Shown: piece by piece, positions 33,515 to 42,785 of the stretch | How positions within the stretch are numbered: the stretch's first letter is position 1 | Layout of the letters: every line of letters begins with the position of its first letter | DNA from: Gammaproteobacteria bacterium | GTDB lineage: Bacteria; Pseudomonadota; Gammaproteobacteria; Steroidobacterales; Foliamicaceae | Assembly (NCBI GenBank): GCA_007571315.1 | Contig: RKRP01000054.1 | Coordinates: 1-62,790, forward strand | Length of the DNA: 62,790 nucleotides | Direction of reading: 5' to 3' | Notes under the pieces: model-generated | What the model saw: only the letters and a program-made list of their open reading frames with translations | Databases searched by the model: none | Told to the model about the DNA's origin: nothing | Translations under genes and position numbers: made by a program

Positions 33515-35071
33515 ATGGTTCATCACGCCCGGAACATCGAAATTACCGGCGAGTTCGCCCGCGCCCTCGAAGCCATGCGGCAGGGCAGGCGGCACCTGCT
33601 GATTACCGGCAGCGCGGGCACCGGCAAATCGACCCTGCTGAGCTATTTCTGCGCGCAGGTGGACTGGGACCCGGTGGTTCTGGCGCCCACCGGGGTTGCG
33701 GCCCTTAACGTGGGCGGGCAGACGGTGCATCGCTTCTTCGGTTTCGGCATTGACATTACGCCGGAATCGGCAGGCAAACGCCGTCCGCGCAATGTCCCGC
33801 TGTACCGGAACCTCAAAACCCTGATCATCGACGAGGTGTCGATGCTGCGCGCTGATCTGCTCGACTGCGTGGATGTGTTTCTCAAGCGCCACGGGCCCCT
33901 TCCGATGCAGCCTTTCGGCGGAGTGCACCTGGTGTTTATCGGCGACTTGTATCAGCTGCCGCCGGTGGTGACCGGCATAGAGCGGGAAGCTTTGAAGCAG
34001 CGCTACGAATCCCCGCACTTTTTCAGCGCCCGGGCGCTTGCGGGCGTGGAGCTGGAAACGGTGGAGCTGACCAGAATCTTCAGGCAGCGCAACAGGGCGT
34101 TCGCCGAGTTGCTGAACCGGGTTCGCAAGAACGCTGCCCAAAGCGGCGATATCGAGCGCCTCAACGAGCGGGTGGACGCGCGCTTCGAGCCTCCAGAGGG
34201 GCAGGGCTACATCACCCTTACAGGCACCAATCGCAAGGCGAACGCGATCAATGAGGAGCGCCTGCGCGCCTTGCCGGGGCCGGAGCGCGAATCCCGCGCG
34301 GTAATCCGGGGCGAGTTCGCGCGCGAGTACCACCCCACGCAGGAGCATCTCAGGTTCAAGAAGGGCGCTCAGGTCATGCTGCTGAACAACGACAGCGCGG
34401 AGCGCTGGGTGAACGGCAGCATCGGCATGATCGAGGAGGTGAGTATCGGCGGCGGCGAGGAGCATGTCCTGATTCGCCTGGCCAACTCGGGGCGGCTGGC
34501 GCGCGTGCAGCCTTATGAATGGGAATTGATCCGGTTCGAGTTGAGCGAGGGGTCCATCATCTCCCGCCCCGCGGGCGCATTCACCCAGTTTCCATTCCGG
34601 CTGGCCTGGGCCGTGACCGTGCATAAGAGCCAGGGCAAGACGTTTGATCGCATGGTGATTGATCTGGACCGGGTGTTCGCCGCCGGTCAGGCTTATGTTG
34701 CGCTGAGCCGTTGCACTGCCCTGGCGGGCCTGGTGCTTAAACGGCCCCTTGCCGCCGGTTCAATCCGCTGCGATTGGCGAGTTCAGCGCTTCCTGACCGG
34801 CGAGCAGTACAAACGCGCCGGGCGCAGGCAATCGACCGGCGAAAAACTGGCCATTATCGAGCAGGCCATCAAGGCGCGCAGCGAGTTGGACATGGAATAC
34901 CTCAAGCGCAACGACATTCGAACCCGCCGCCGCGTGCGGCCCCTGGAAGCGGGGATGCGCTCCTATTCCAGCCGGGAATTCCTGGGAATGCGCGCTTGGT
35001 GCGCGCTGCGCCAGGATGAGCGCACCTTCCGCGTGGACCGCATTTTGTCGCTCGCAATTTCCCGCGACTGA
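33515..35071 (+). CDS. Pif1/RecD-family SF1 helicase with C-terminal WYL-like domain
   Basis: Walker A TGSAGTGKST, motif II IIDEVSM, and a UvrD_C-like AWAVTVHKSQG...YVALSR block. The tail is ...FLGMRAWCALRQDERTFRVDRI (WYL-like ..FR.DRI). Confidence 0.8.
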   Translation: MVHHARNIEITGEFARALEAMRQGRRHLLITGSAGTGKSTLLSYFCAQVDWDPVVLAPTGVAALNVGGQTVHRFFGFGIDITPESAGKRRPRNVPLYRNLKTLIIDEVSMLRADLLDCVDVFLKRHGPLPMQPFGGVHLVFIGDLYQLPPVVTGIEREALKQRYESPHFFSARALAGVELETVELTRIFRQRNRAFAELLNRVRKNAAQSGDIERLNERVDARFEPPEGQGYITLTGTNRKANAINEERLRALPGPERESRAVIRGEFAREYHPTQEHLRFKKGAQVMLLNNDSAERWVNGSIGMIEEVSIGGGEEHVLIRLANSGRLARVQPYEWELIRFELSEGSIISRPAGAFTQFPFRLAWAVTVHKSQGKTFDRMVIDLDRVFAAGQAYVALSRCTALAGLVLKRPLAAGSIRCDWRVQRFLTGEQYKRAGRRQSTGEKLAIIEQAIKARSELDMEYLKRNDIRTRRRVRPLEAGMRSYSSREFLGMRAWCALRQDERTFRVDRILSLAISRD

Positions 35072-35164
35072 TTACCGCTCGGCGCTCCCGGCGTGGACGC
35101 GGTTGCCGAGTGGCGCGGCGGAGGCGTGGCCTATAATGAAGAGGCTGAGATTGGGGGACCTGCT

Positions 35165-35575
35165 ATGAGTGACAATCCCGGCTATACAGCCGATTTCATC
35201 AAGTCCGATACGGACCAGGCCATGTTCATGGCTGATCCGGCCCTGGATCATCTGATGACGGCGCTGGTGTCGATCAGCACCGAGCTTTGGGTGCAAGCCC
35301 GCCGGATGAAGATTGTGGAGCGGCTGCTGGAGGACCACGGGAAGGTCACGCGCGATCTGATCGAGTCGTACAAGCCCGGCACCGAGGAAGAAAAATCCTG
35401 GCAGCAGGAGCGCGACCAGTTCATTGAGCGCACCTTCGGCTCGATTACGGTCGGCAAGTTGGGCGACGGGCAGCCAATGATGGAGTTCCGCACCCGGAAT
35501 TACACTGGCAACTCATCCCGGCCGGGGCAGGAGGCGCCCGGTTTCGCCGCAGGCATGGGAGGTGAAGACCAATGA
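35165..35575 (+). CDS. hypothetical protein (136 aa)
   Basis: ATG 35165 lies inside ORF 35093..35575. There is no signal peptide and no motif I recognise. The stop overlaps the next start (ATGA). Confidence 0.5.
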   Translation: MSDNPGYTADFIKSDTDQAMFMADPALDHLMTALVSISTELWVQARRMKIVERLLEDHGKVTRDLIESYKPGTEEEKSWQQERDQFIERTFGSITVGKLGDGQPMMEFRTRNYTGNSSRPGQEAPGFAAGMGGEDQ

Positions 35576-36747
35576 TGAACCGCCGGACGATACTGGGCGC
35601 GCTGGCCGCTGCGTTTTCGGCGCCTGCCGCGGCCCGCAAGGCGCGCGCTTCCTCCACCCGGCCTTCGGCATTGCCGTATGACTTCGAGCCTCGCGGCGCC
35701 ATTGGCAAGCTGGAGCGCTTGCCCAGCCTGGATCTGGAGAGCCGCCAGGACTTTCTGACCGGCTTTCGGGTTTGGTCGAACGGCCCCCTCGGCCGAGCCG
35801 CGCAGGAGCGCGCCGGGGAGATCTTCAAGGCCAGGGGGCTGAACCCGGAAACCGCATCGCTGGAGGCCATCCGCGATGTTCTGGAAGGCGACCCTATTAT
35901 CGGCGCGAGCATGCGCTACTGGATCAGCGGCCAGTTGATCAGCTGGAAGTTGCTGCAGGACGAGTTCCACGGGCATGCCGAGGCCTATCTGGCCGAGATG
36001 GACCGGGCGGACAAGGCCGGTCCGGGCACGCTCAAACTCAATCCTGATCTTCAGGTTCCAGAGTATGCGTCCCACGAGATTCATGTCCAGCCGGGCGGCT
36101 ATGTGGGCGATCCCTTCGCGGGCCACATCTACCACTATGGCACCAATCACTTCTACATGGGGCACAACGATCAGGACGAGGTGCATGGCGCGCTGGCGGC
36201 AGCCGTGGAGCCCCCCGAGGACGGCCGTGTGCTGCGGGTGCTGGACCTGGCCTGCGGTCCGGGCCAGTTGACGGTGGCGCTCAAGGAACGATTCCCGGAC
36301 GCCGAAGTGTGGGGGCTTGATGTGTCCGCGCCAATGGTGCGTTACGCGCACATGCGGGCGGCCGACCTAGGCCAGGAAGTGCATTTTGTGCAGGCCCTGG
36401 GCGAAAAGACAGACTTCCCCGATGGCTACTTCGATGTGGTGGCCTCGTACATCGTGTTTCACGAAACTCCGGCCGAAATCACTAGGCAGATCGTGCGGGA
36501 GGCGGCCCGGATTACGCGGCCCGGCGGCGTGTTTCAGCCGTTTGATTTTCCCAGTGACGAGCGCCCGCCAACGGGGTATCGCCGTTTCCGCCGCTGGTGG
36601 GATTATCGCTGGAACCAGGAAGTGTGGCGCAACGAGTTTGCCAGCATCCACTTCCCCGCCGAGATCGCGAAGTTGGGATTCGAGGTGCGCGAGGCCAAAC
36701 AAGGCGTGCTGTTCTTCGGGCGCGTTCACGCTACGCGCAAGGCCTAG
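35572..36747 (+). CDS. class I SAM-dependent methyltransferase domain protein with Tat-like leader
   Basis: MMNRRTILGALAAAFSAPAAA is a twin-arginine-like leader. An unknown domain of about 190 aa follows, then VLDLACGPGQLT...GLDVS...RPGG (methyltransferase motifs I and post-I). Confidence 0.7.
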   Translation: MMNRRTILGALAAAFSAPAAARKARASSTRPSALPYDFEPRGAIGKLERLPSLDLESRQDFLTGFRVWSNGPLGRAAQERAGEIFKARGLNPETASLEAIRDVLEGDPIIGASMRYWISGQLISWKLLQDEFHGHAEAYLAEMDRADKAGPGTLKLNPDLQVPEYASHEIHVQPGGYVGDPFAGHIYHYGTNHFYMGHNDQDEVHGALAAAVEPPEDGRVLRVLDLACGPGQLTVALKERFPDAEVWGLDVSAPMVRYAHMRAADLGQEVHFVQALGEKTDFPDGYFDVVASYIVFHETPAEITRQIVREAARITRPGGVFQPFDFPSDERPPTGYRRFRRWWDYRWNQEVWRNEFASIHFPAEIAKLGFEVREAKQGVLFFGRVHATRKA

Positions 36748-36763
36748 CAGCCCGCCGGAACAG

Positions 36764-38782
36764 ATGGTCTTTCCTGTGGCGGGGGCAAGGACTGCGCCGC
36801 GTTCCAGCCCCCGCGAAGGGCGGAGCCTTCTCCTTGCCGTTTTCCTCGTTGCCGGTTGCCTGCTGCTGGCGGCTGCCGGCGGCCCGGCGCAGGCGCAGGA
36901 GCCCGCGGGGCCGGCCCGCAACTCCGGCGAATGGCGGAACTTCGGCCGGGACCCCGGCGGCAGCCAGCACTCGCCGCTGGCCCAGATCAACCGGGGCAAT
37001 GTTGCTCGCCTGGAGCTCGCCTGGACGCATCGCAGCGGCGATTTTGCCGAAGGCGAATTCGGGGTGGGATCGACGCAGCAGGCGGTGCCGCTGATGGTTA
37101 ACGGGCTGGTCTATTTCTGCACGCCCTTCAACCGGGTGTTTGCCGTCAACGCCGAAAGCGGCGAAGAGGTTTGGGTGTTCGACGCGCGCGCTGCGCTCAC
37201 GGGAGCGGAAGCCGAACGCGCCGGGCAAAGCCGCCGGCCGAGCACCTGCCGCGGGGTGGCTTACTGGGAGCAGGCCGAAGCATCCTCCGCGCCCTGCGCG
37301 CAGCGCGTCTTCAAGGGCGATTTCACCGGCGCGGTTCACGCCATCGACGCGCTCACCGGAGAAGCTTGCCGGGACTTCGGCGAGGCCAGCGGCCACCCCG
37401 GCTACGTGTCGCACTGGGATTACGAAGGTTACGGCGAAGGAGAAGTGCGCGGCATGTCGTCGCCGCCGGTGGTGCTGGGCGATCTGGTGATCGCTGGCAG
37501 CGGTTCGGATGACGGCGTAGCCAACGCCAACGACGGTGTGGTGCGGGCCTTTGACGCGCGCTCCGGGGAAATGGTCTGGGAGTTCAATCCCATTCCCCCG
37601 GAGCAGAGCGCGGTTACCGGAGCGGCCAACGTATGGGCCACGATGAGCGCCGACCCGGCGCGCAACCTGGTGTTTCTACCCACCACCAGCCCATCGGTGG
37701 ACTACTACGGCGGAGGCCGCCGCGCGGACCTTCCGCTGGCCAACGCCGTGGTGGCGGTGGACGGGGCAACCGGCAAGCCCAGCTGGTCGTTCCAGACCGT
37801 TCACCACGACCTGTACGACTACGATCTGCCAGGCCACGCCTTGCTGGTGACCATCCGCAAGGACGGAAAGGCGCGCGATGTGGCCATTCAGCAAACCAAG
37901 ACCGGGCATCTTTTCGTGTTTGACAGGGATACGGGCGAACCGGTCTTTCCCGTGGAGGAGCGGCCCATTCCGCCTTCCGGCCTGCCCGATGAAACCGCTT
38001 TTCCCACTCAGCCCATCCCTACCGGGATTGCTTCCTTTGCGCGCCAGGAACTGGGTCGGGAGAGCCTGTTCGGAATTACCGTTTTTGACCGCGACTGGTG
38101 CCGCAGGCGGTTTGATGAATCGCGCTACGATGGCCTTTTTACGCCGCCCAGCCGGCGCGGCAGCATCCTGTTTCCTTCCGCGCTGGGTGGCGGCAATTGG
38201 GGCGGCGCGGCCTTCGATCCAAAAACCAATCTTCTGATCATCAAGGCCGAGAACCTGGCCACCTGGCTGCGCTTGGCGCCCCGGGAGGCGGGCGGGCATG
38301 ACGGCCCTCGCGACTATCTCAACCGCGCATTGCGCGGAACGCCGTACCGCGTGGAGGGCGAGGTGTGGATTTCGCCTTCGGGTTTTCCCTGCACGCCGCC
38401 GCCGTGGGGCACGCTCAGCGCCATCGACATGGACAGCGGCGAGTTGCGCTGGCAGGTGCCCCTGGGACGTTTGCGCGCAATGGGCGTTACGCTGCCGGCT
38501 GCGTTCGGATGGGGTTCGCCCAGCGTGGGCGGTCCCATCGTGACCGCCGGAGGGCTGGTGTTCGTGGCCTCCACCCTCGACCACAACCTGCGCGCTCTGG
38601 ACCTGGAAACCGGCGAAGAGCTCTGGTCCGGCGCCTTGCCGGCGCCCGGCATGACGGTGCCGATCACCTACCGCGCAGGCGCCCGGCAATTCGTGGTGAT
38701 CGCTGCCGGCGGCAACGCCCGCGCCGGCACCGCTCAGTCGGATGCGGTGGTGGCTTTCGCCTTGCCTTCAGGCTCGGATTAG
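36764..38782 (+). CDS. PQQ-dependent dehydrogenase (glucose/quinate-type), lipoprotein-type leader
   Basis: Leader LLLAVFLVAGC, then WRNFGRDPGGSQHSPLAQINRGNVARLELAW, and repeated W-motif beta-propeller blades. ATG 36764 was chosen inside ORF 36386..38782. Confidence 0.85.
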   Translation: MVFPVAGARTAPRSSPREGRSLLLAVFLVAGCLLLAAAGGPAQAQEPAGPARNSGEWRNFGRDPGGSQHSPLAQINRGNVARLELAWTHRSGDFAEGEFGVGSTQQAVPLMVNGLVYFCTPFNRVFAVNAESGEEVWVFDARAALTGAEAERAGQSRRPSTCRGVAYWEQAEASSAPCAQRVFKGDFTGAVHAIDALTGEACRDFGEASGHPGYVSHWDYEGYGEGEVRGMSSPPVVLGDLVIAGSGSDDGVANANDGVVRAFDARSGEMVWEFNPIPPEQSAVTGAANVWATMSADPARNLVFLPTTSPSVDYYGGGRRADLPLANAVVAVDGATGKPSWSFQTVHHDLYDYDLPGHALLVTIRKDGKARDVAIQQTKTGHLFVFDRDTGEPVFPVEERPIPPSGLPDETAFPTQPIPTGIASFARQELGRESLFGITVFDRDWCRRRFDESRYDGLFTPPSRRGSILFPSALGGGNWGGAAFDPKTNLLIIKAENLATWLRLAPREAGGHDGPRDYLNRALRGTPYRVEGEVWISPSGFPCTPPPWGTLSAIDMDSGELRWQVPLGRLRAMGVTLPAAFGWGSPSVGGPIVTAGGLVFVASTLDHNLRALDLETGEELWSGALPAPGMTVPITYRAGARQFVVIAAGGNARAGTAQSDAVVAFALPSGSD

Positions 38783-40419
38783 CTGCCCAGAAGCCCGCGC
38801 GCAATGCGGCGCGCCTGCGGCAGATCGTCCACCACATGGCCCTTGGGAACGTGGCGAAGCACATCCAGCGTGTTGATCATTTCGGCCACGGTTCCCGAAA
38901 GGCCCACCACGATTACATCGGTTCCCGCATCCTGGGCCACATTCAGAATCTGCTCGATAACCATGGCGGCGCTGTCGTCCAGGTACTTGGCGCCGGAAAA
39001 GTCAAAGAGCACGATTTCGTGATCCTTGATGTCCGCGCCAATCACGCTAACCAGGTTGCGGGACGAAGCCACGGTAAGAACGCCGCGCAGGGCTACCATG
39101 CCCACCCGCGCCTGCAGCGGGTCGTTGATGGCCATGTCCTTCTCGTCGGCGAAGAAGCTGCGGTCCAGCATCGGCACGGACACCACGCTGTCGAGCTCCA
39201 GCCTCTTCAGTTGCCGGGCGTGGCTCAGGCCCGCAACGATCAGCCCGATCGCCACGGCGGTGACCAGGTCCACCGCGACCGTAAGCCCCAGCGTCAGCAG
39301 CATCACCACCAGGTGATCGCGGCGCAGGCGATGGATTCGAAGCAGCAGCCGCCAATCCACGATGTCCCAGCCAATCTTCATCAGGATTCCCGCCAGCACG
39401 GCGTGCGGGATGGGCTCCACGTAGCGACCGAGGCCCAGCAGCAGGGTGAGCATGAAAAGGGCCATGATCACGCCGGATGCCGGAGTGCTGCCGCCCGCCC
39501 GGATGTTGGTTACGGTCCCGATCGTGGAGCCCGCGCCCGGCATGCCGCCGAACAGGCCGGACACCATGTTGCCGATGCCTTGTCCCACCAGTTCCTTGTC
39601 CGGCTTGTGCCGCGTGCCCGTCATCGAGTCTGCCACCAGAGAGGTCAGCAGGCTATCGACTGCGCCGAGCAGAGCCAGAATGATGGCCGGCTGGAGGGCG
39701 CCCAGAAGGAAATCGAGCGAGGGCAATGCCAGCATGGGGGCGGGCAATCCCTCGGGAATTTCCCCGATTACCGGCGCTTCGGTCAGCCACAGCATCCCCA
39801 GCGCCGATCCGGCAAGCAGCGCGGCCAGCGGAGCAGGAGCAATCCGGCTCGCGCGCTTCGGCCACAGCACGGTAATCCCAAGCGCCAGCACGGCGATGGC
39901 CAGGGCGCTGGGATTGACGTTGACGACCGCCTCCGGCAGGCCGCGCAACGCGCCCATTGGACCCTCGGGCGAGGTAGGCGACCCAAGAAACGGCAACAGC
40001 TGGATCAGCATGATGATGATGCCGATGCCGGACATGAACCCGGACACCACCACATGCGGCGTATAGACCACGAAACGCCCGGTCCTGAAGATTCCCATCA
40101 GCACCTGTATCAGCCCGGCCATCACCACCACGGTAAGCGCCTCCAGCAGCGTATTGGCATGCGTGGAAAGGATCACAACCATGGCCACGGTCATCGACGG
40201 CGTGGGGCCGGATATTTGCGAGCGCGTGCCGCCCAGGACCGAGGCGAAGAAGCCCACCGCGATCGCCCCGTACATTCCTGCCGCCGCTCCCAGCCCGGAC
40301 GCGATGCCGAAAGCCAGCGCCACTGGAAGCGCCACCACGGCGGAGGTGATGCCGCCGAATAGATCCCCCCGCAGGGCTTGCAGATTGAATTTCATGCCCG
40401 CGAGCGGGTGGGACTTCAT
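38779..40419 (-). CDS. SulP-family anion permease with C-terminal STAS domain
   Basis: 546 aa. The N-terminal block DLFGGITSAVVALPVALAFG is followed by many TM helices, and the C-terminal STAS-like domain includes ILFDFSGAKYLDDSA. Confidence 0.9.
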   Translation of the reverse strand: MKSHPLAGMKFNLQALRGDLFGGITSAVVALPVALAFGIASGLGAAAGMYGAIAVGFFASVLGGTRSQISGPTPSMTVAMVVILSTHANTLLEALTVVVMAGLIQVLMGIFRTGRFVVYTPHVVVSGFMSGIGIIIMLIQLLPFLGSPTSPEGPMGALRGLPEAVVNVNPSALAIAVLALGITVLWPKRASRIAPAPLAALLAGSALGMLWLTEAPVIGEIPEGLPAPMLALPSLDFLLGALQPAIILALLGAVDSLLTSLVADSMTGTRHKPDKELVGQGIGNMVSGLFGGMPGAGSTIGTVTNIRAGGSTPASGVIMALFMLTLLLGLGRYVEPIPHAVLAGILMKIGWDIVDWRLLLRIHRLRRDHLVVMLLTLGLTVAVDLVTAVAIGLIVAGLSHARQLKRLELDSVVSVPMLDRSFFADEKDMAINDPLQARVGMVALRGVLTVASSRNLVSVIGADIKDHEIVLFDFSGAKYLDDSAAMVIEQILNVAQDAGTDVIVVGLSGTVAEMINTLDVLRHVPKGHVVDDLPQARRIARGLLGS

Positions 40420-41954
40420 GCGAATACGCGCTCCCCGATCATGCGTCCAAACACCAGCGCCGGCGTAAGCAGCATCCCGTTAACGATGCCGAAGCCAGTG
40501 GTTGCTCCGGCCCCCAGCACCTCGCCCGCCGCATACAGATTGGGAATGGCCTGACCGTTGCCTTTTAAGACCTGCAACTGCGGATTGACCGTGAGGCCCG
40601 CGAAGGACAGCAGTTGGGTGCCCTGCATGCGTATCGCGTAGAAGGGCGGTTTGGCGATCGGCAGGGGCATGTGCTTCCGCCCGAAATCCGGATCGCTGCC
40701 GCTGGACACGGCCGCGTTGTAGCGCTGCGCGGATGCCGCCAGCCCGTCGGCATCGATCCCGGCCCAGCGGGCGAGATCGCCCAGGGAATCGCCGCGCGAG
40801 AAGAAGTGGTACTTGTCGAATGCCCAGTCCATGCGGGCGCGGTCCCAGCCCCGCACCATGGCAGGCGCGTTGTTCATGATTTCCTGGTCGAAGATGATCC
40901 AGTAGCGGTGATGGTCCTGCGCCAGCAGCGCATGCTCGCGCGCGTCCACGCTGGGATGATCCTCGCGCACGAAGCGCCGGCCGGCCGAATTCACGTACAT
41001 CTCCCAGGGCATGCGGGCCTGGGGCACGGTATTGACCGGCACTGGCGCCGGCGTGCTGGGCACGTTGAAGTCGTTCAGCACCATGCCGAAGAAAGTCTGG
41101 AAGTGCTCCGCGCCCCGCAGCACGCCGCCTGCGCCCACGCCCATCTCCAGGCCGCCGCCGAGATCGAAGGGATAGGCCAGTTGCGCGTACAGCGGCGCGC
41201 CGTGCAGCTCCTCGAACATCCGTGGATTGGCGGCGCAGCCTCCGGTGGTGAGCGCCACCTTGCGGCCTGGCAGGTCGATTTTGCGTCCCGCCGCGTCCCG
41301 CGCCATGACCCCTTGCACTGCGCCTTCACCGTCCTGAATCAACTCCAGCGCATCGGTGCGCATCAGGAACTCAATGGAACCCTTGCGCGCCTGCTCGAAA
41401 AATGGCGGCAGCAGCGCCCTCAGAATGGCCACCCCATTTTGTTCCGCCCAAAGGTAGCGGCGGGTGAGGTACGGCTCATGCCCGCCGGAAACCACCGGAT
41501 GGCCAGGCAGGGGCGAGAAGCCGAGATCGCTCAGCCAGTTGACGGTGGCGGCCGCCTTCCTGACGAACACGCCCACCAGTTCCGTGTCCACCTTGCCCTT
41601 GCTGATGCGCATGATGTCGTCGAAATGCGCTTCGGGCGAATCCTTGATGCCCAGTTTGGCCTGAAGGCGCGTTCCGGCAGCCGCGATTTGCCCGGATGAC
41701 CGGTCCAGAGTGCCGCCGAGGCGGTGCGCCCGGTCCACCACCAGCACCCGCGCGCCCTGCTGCGCGGCAAATATCGCGCAGGGCAGCCCGGCCGACCCGC
41801 CGCCCACAACGATCAAATCCCAGGTTTCGCTCGCCGCCTGACTGATCCGCGGCAGCATGGCCAGCGCCGCGGCAGCGCCCACGCCGCCGAGCAGTTCCCT
41901 TTTGTTGATCCGCAACTGTCCTGCGTCCGCCGCAGTCAAGGCTGCTTTATCCAT
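40416..41954 (-). CDS. FAD-dependent oxidoreductase with signal-like leader
   Basis: DLIVVGGGSAGLPCAIFAAQQGARVLVVD is the dinucleotide fold. The leader is RINKRELLGGVGAAAALAMLP. The stop overlaps the SulP start (ATGA). Confidence 0.8.
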   Translation of the reverse strand: MDKAALTAADAGQLRINKRELLGGVGAAAALAMLPRISQAASETWDLIVVGGGSAGLPCAIFAAQQGARVLVVDRAHRLGGTLDRSSGQIAAAGTRLQAKLGIKDSPEAHFDDIMRISKGKVDTELVGVFVRKAAATVNWLSDLGFSPLPGHPVVSGGHEPYLTRRYLWAEQNGVAILRALLPPFFEQARKGSIEFLMRTDALELIQDGEGAVQGVMARDAAGRKIDLPGRKVALTTGGCAANPRMFEELHGAPLYAQLAYPFDLGGGLEMGVGAGGVLRGAEHFQTFFGMVLNDFNVPSTPAPVPVNTVPQARMPWEMYVNSAGRRFVREDHPSVDAREHALLAQDHHRYWIIFDQEIMNNAPAMVRGWDRARMDWAFDKYHFFSRGDSLGDLARWAGIDADGLAASAQRYNAAVSSGSDPDFGRKHMPLPIAKPPFYAIRMQGTQLLSFAGLTVNPQLQVLKGNGQAIPNLYAAGEVLGAGATTGFGIVNGMLLTPALVFGRMIGERVFA

Positions 41955-42068
41955 ACTTTGTTTCCTCCCGGCTATCGTTCCAATTCTACGCAGGAATTAT
42001 GCCGCCGCGCTTTGACCTGCGCATCGCTCGGCACGGCGCTAGAATGCTCGCGCGGCGGAGGGAACAGA

Positions 42069-42761
42069 ATGAAGATCAAGGCAATCAGTTTCGATTGCTA
42101 CGGCACTCTGATCGACTGGGAAAGCGGGATCGTGAACGCGCTCTCGGAATGGTCGCGAGGGCGCGGCGGCGCGCTCGGCCGCGCCGAATTGCTGGCCGCG
42201 TTCAGCGATGCCGAGCCCAGGGTGCAGAGCGCCCGCCCGGAGATGGCGTATCCGAAAGTGCTGGCCGAGGTGGCGCGGAGGATTGGAAGGCGATTCGATC
42301 TGCCGGTCACGGATGCCGATGCCGCCTCGTTTGCCGCTTCCATCGTTCTCTGGCCGCCATTTCCCGACACCGCCGCCGCGCTGTCCCGTTTGCGCAAGCG
42401 CTGCCGGCTGGCGGTTCTTTCGAACGTGGACCGCAAGTCCTTCGCTGCCGCGCAGGAGGCGCTGGGGATTGAGTTCGACCTTGTATGCACCGCCGAGGAC
42501 ATCGGTTCCTACAAGCCCGACCCGCGCAATTTTCGGTTCCTTCTGGCGCGGCTGGCGGAGTTGGGTATTGATCCGGGCGAATTGCTGCATGCGGCGCAAA
42601 GCCTGTTCCATGACATCGAGCCGGCCAATACGCTCGGCATCCGCACAGCCTGGGTAAACCGCTATGGCTCCGCTGCCTCAGGCGCGGCCCGCGCTCCGAG
42701 CGCGGAAGTGCGGGCGGATTTGACCGTGTCCAGCCTCGCCGAACTCGTCACGGCGCTCTAA
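42069..42761 (+). CDS. HAD-superfamily hydrolase (haloacid dehalogenase type II-like)
   Basis: MKIKAISFDCYGTLIDWE carries the DxYGT nucleophile motif. Other motifs are LSNVD and SYKPD. ATG 42069 was chosen inside ORF 41724..42761. Confidence 0.75.
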   Translation: MKIKAISFDCYGTLIDWESGIVNALSEWSRGRGGALGRAELLAAFSDAEPRVQSARPEMAYPKVLAEVARRIGRRFDLPVTDADAASFAASIVLWPPFPDTAAALSRLRKRCRLAVLSNVDRKSFAAAQEALGIEFDLVCTAEDIGSYKPDPRNFRFLLARLAELGIDPGELLHAAQSLFHDIEPANTLGIRTAWVNRYGSAASGAARAPSAEVRADLTVSSLAELVTAL

Positions 42762-42785
42762 CCTGTCCCGTATCATGCGCGCCTC

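Noticed and set aside
36386-36763. N-terminal extension of the PQQ dehydrogenase ORF
   Set aside because: It overlaps the 3' end of the methyltransferase-domain gene in another frame. The signal/lipobox sequence and PQQ homology begin at ATG 36764.
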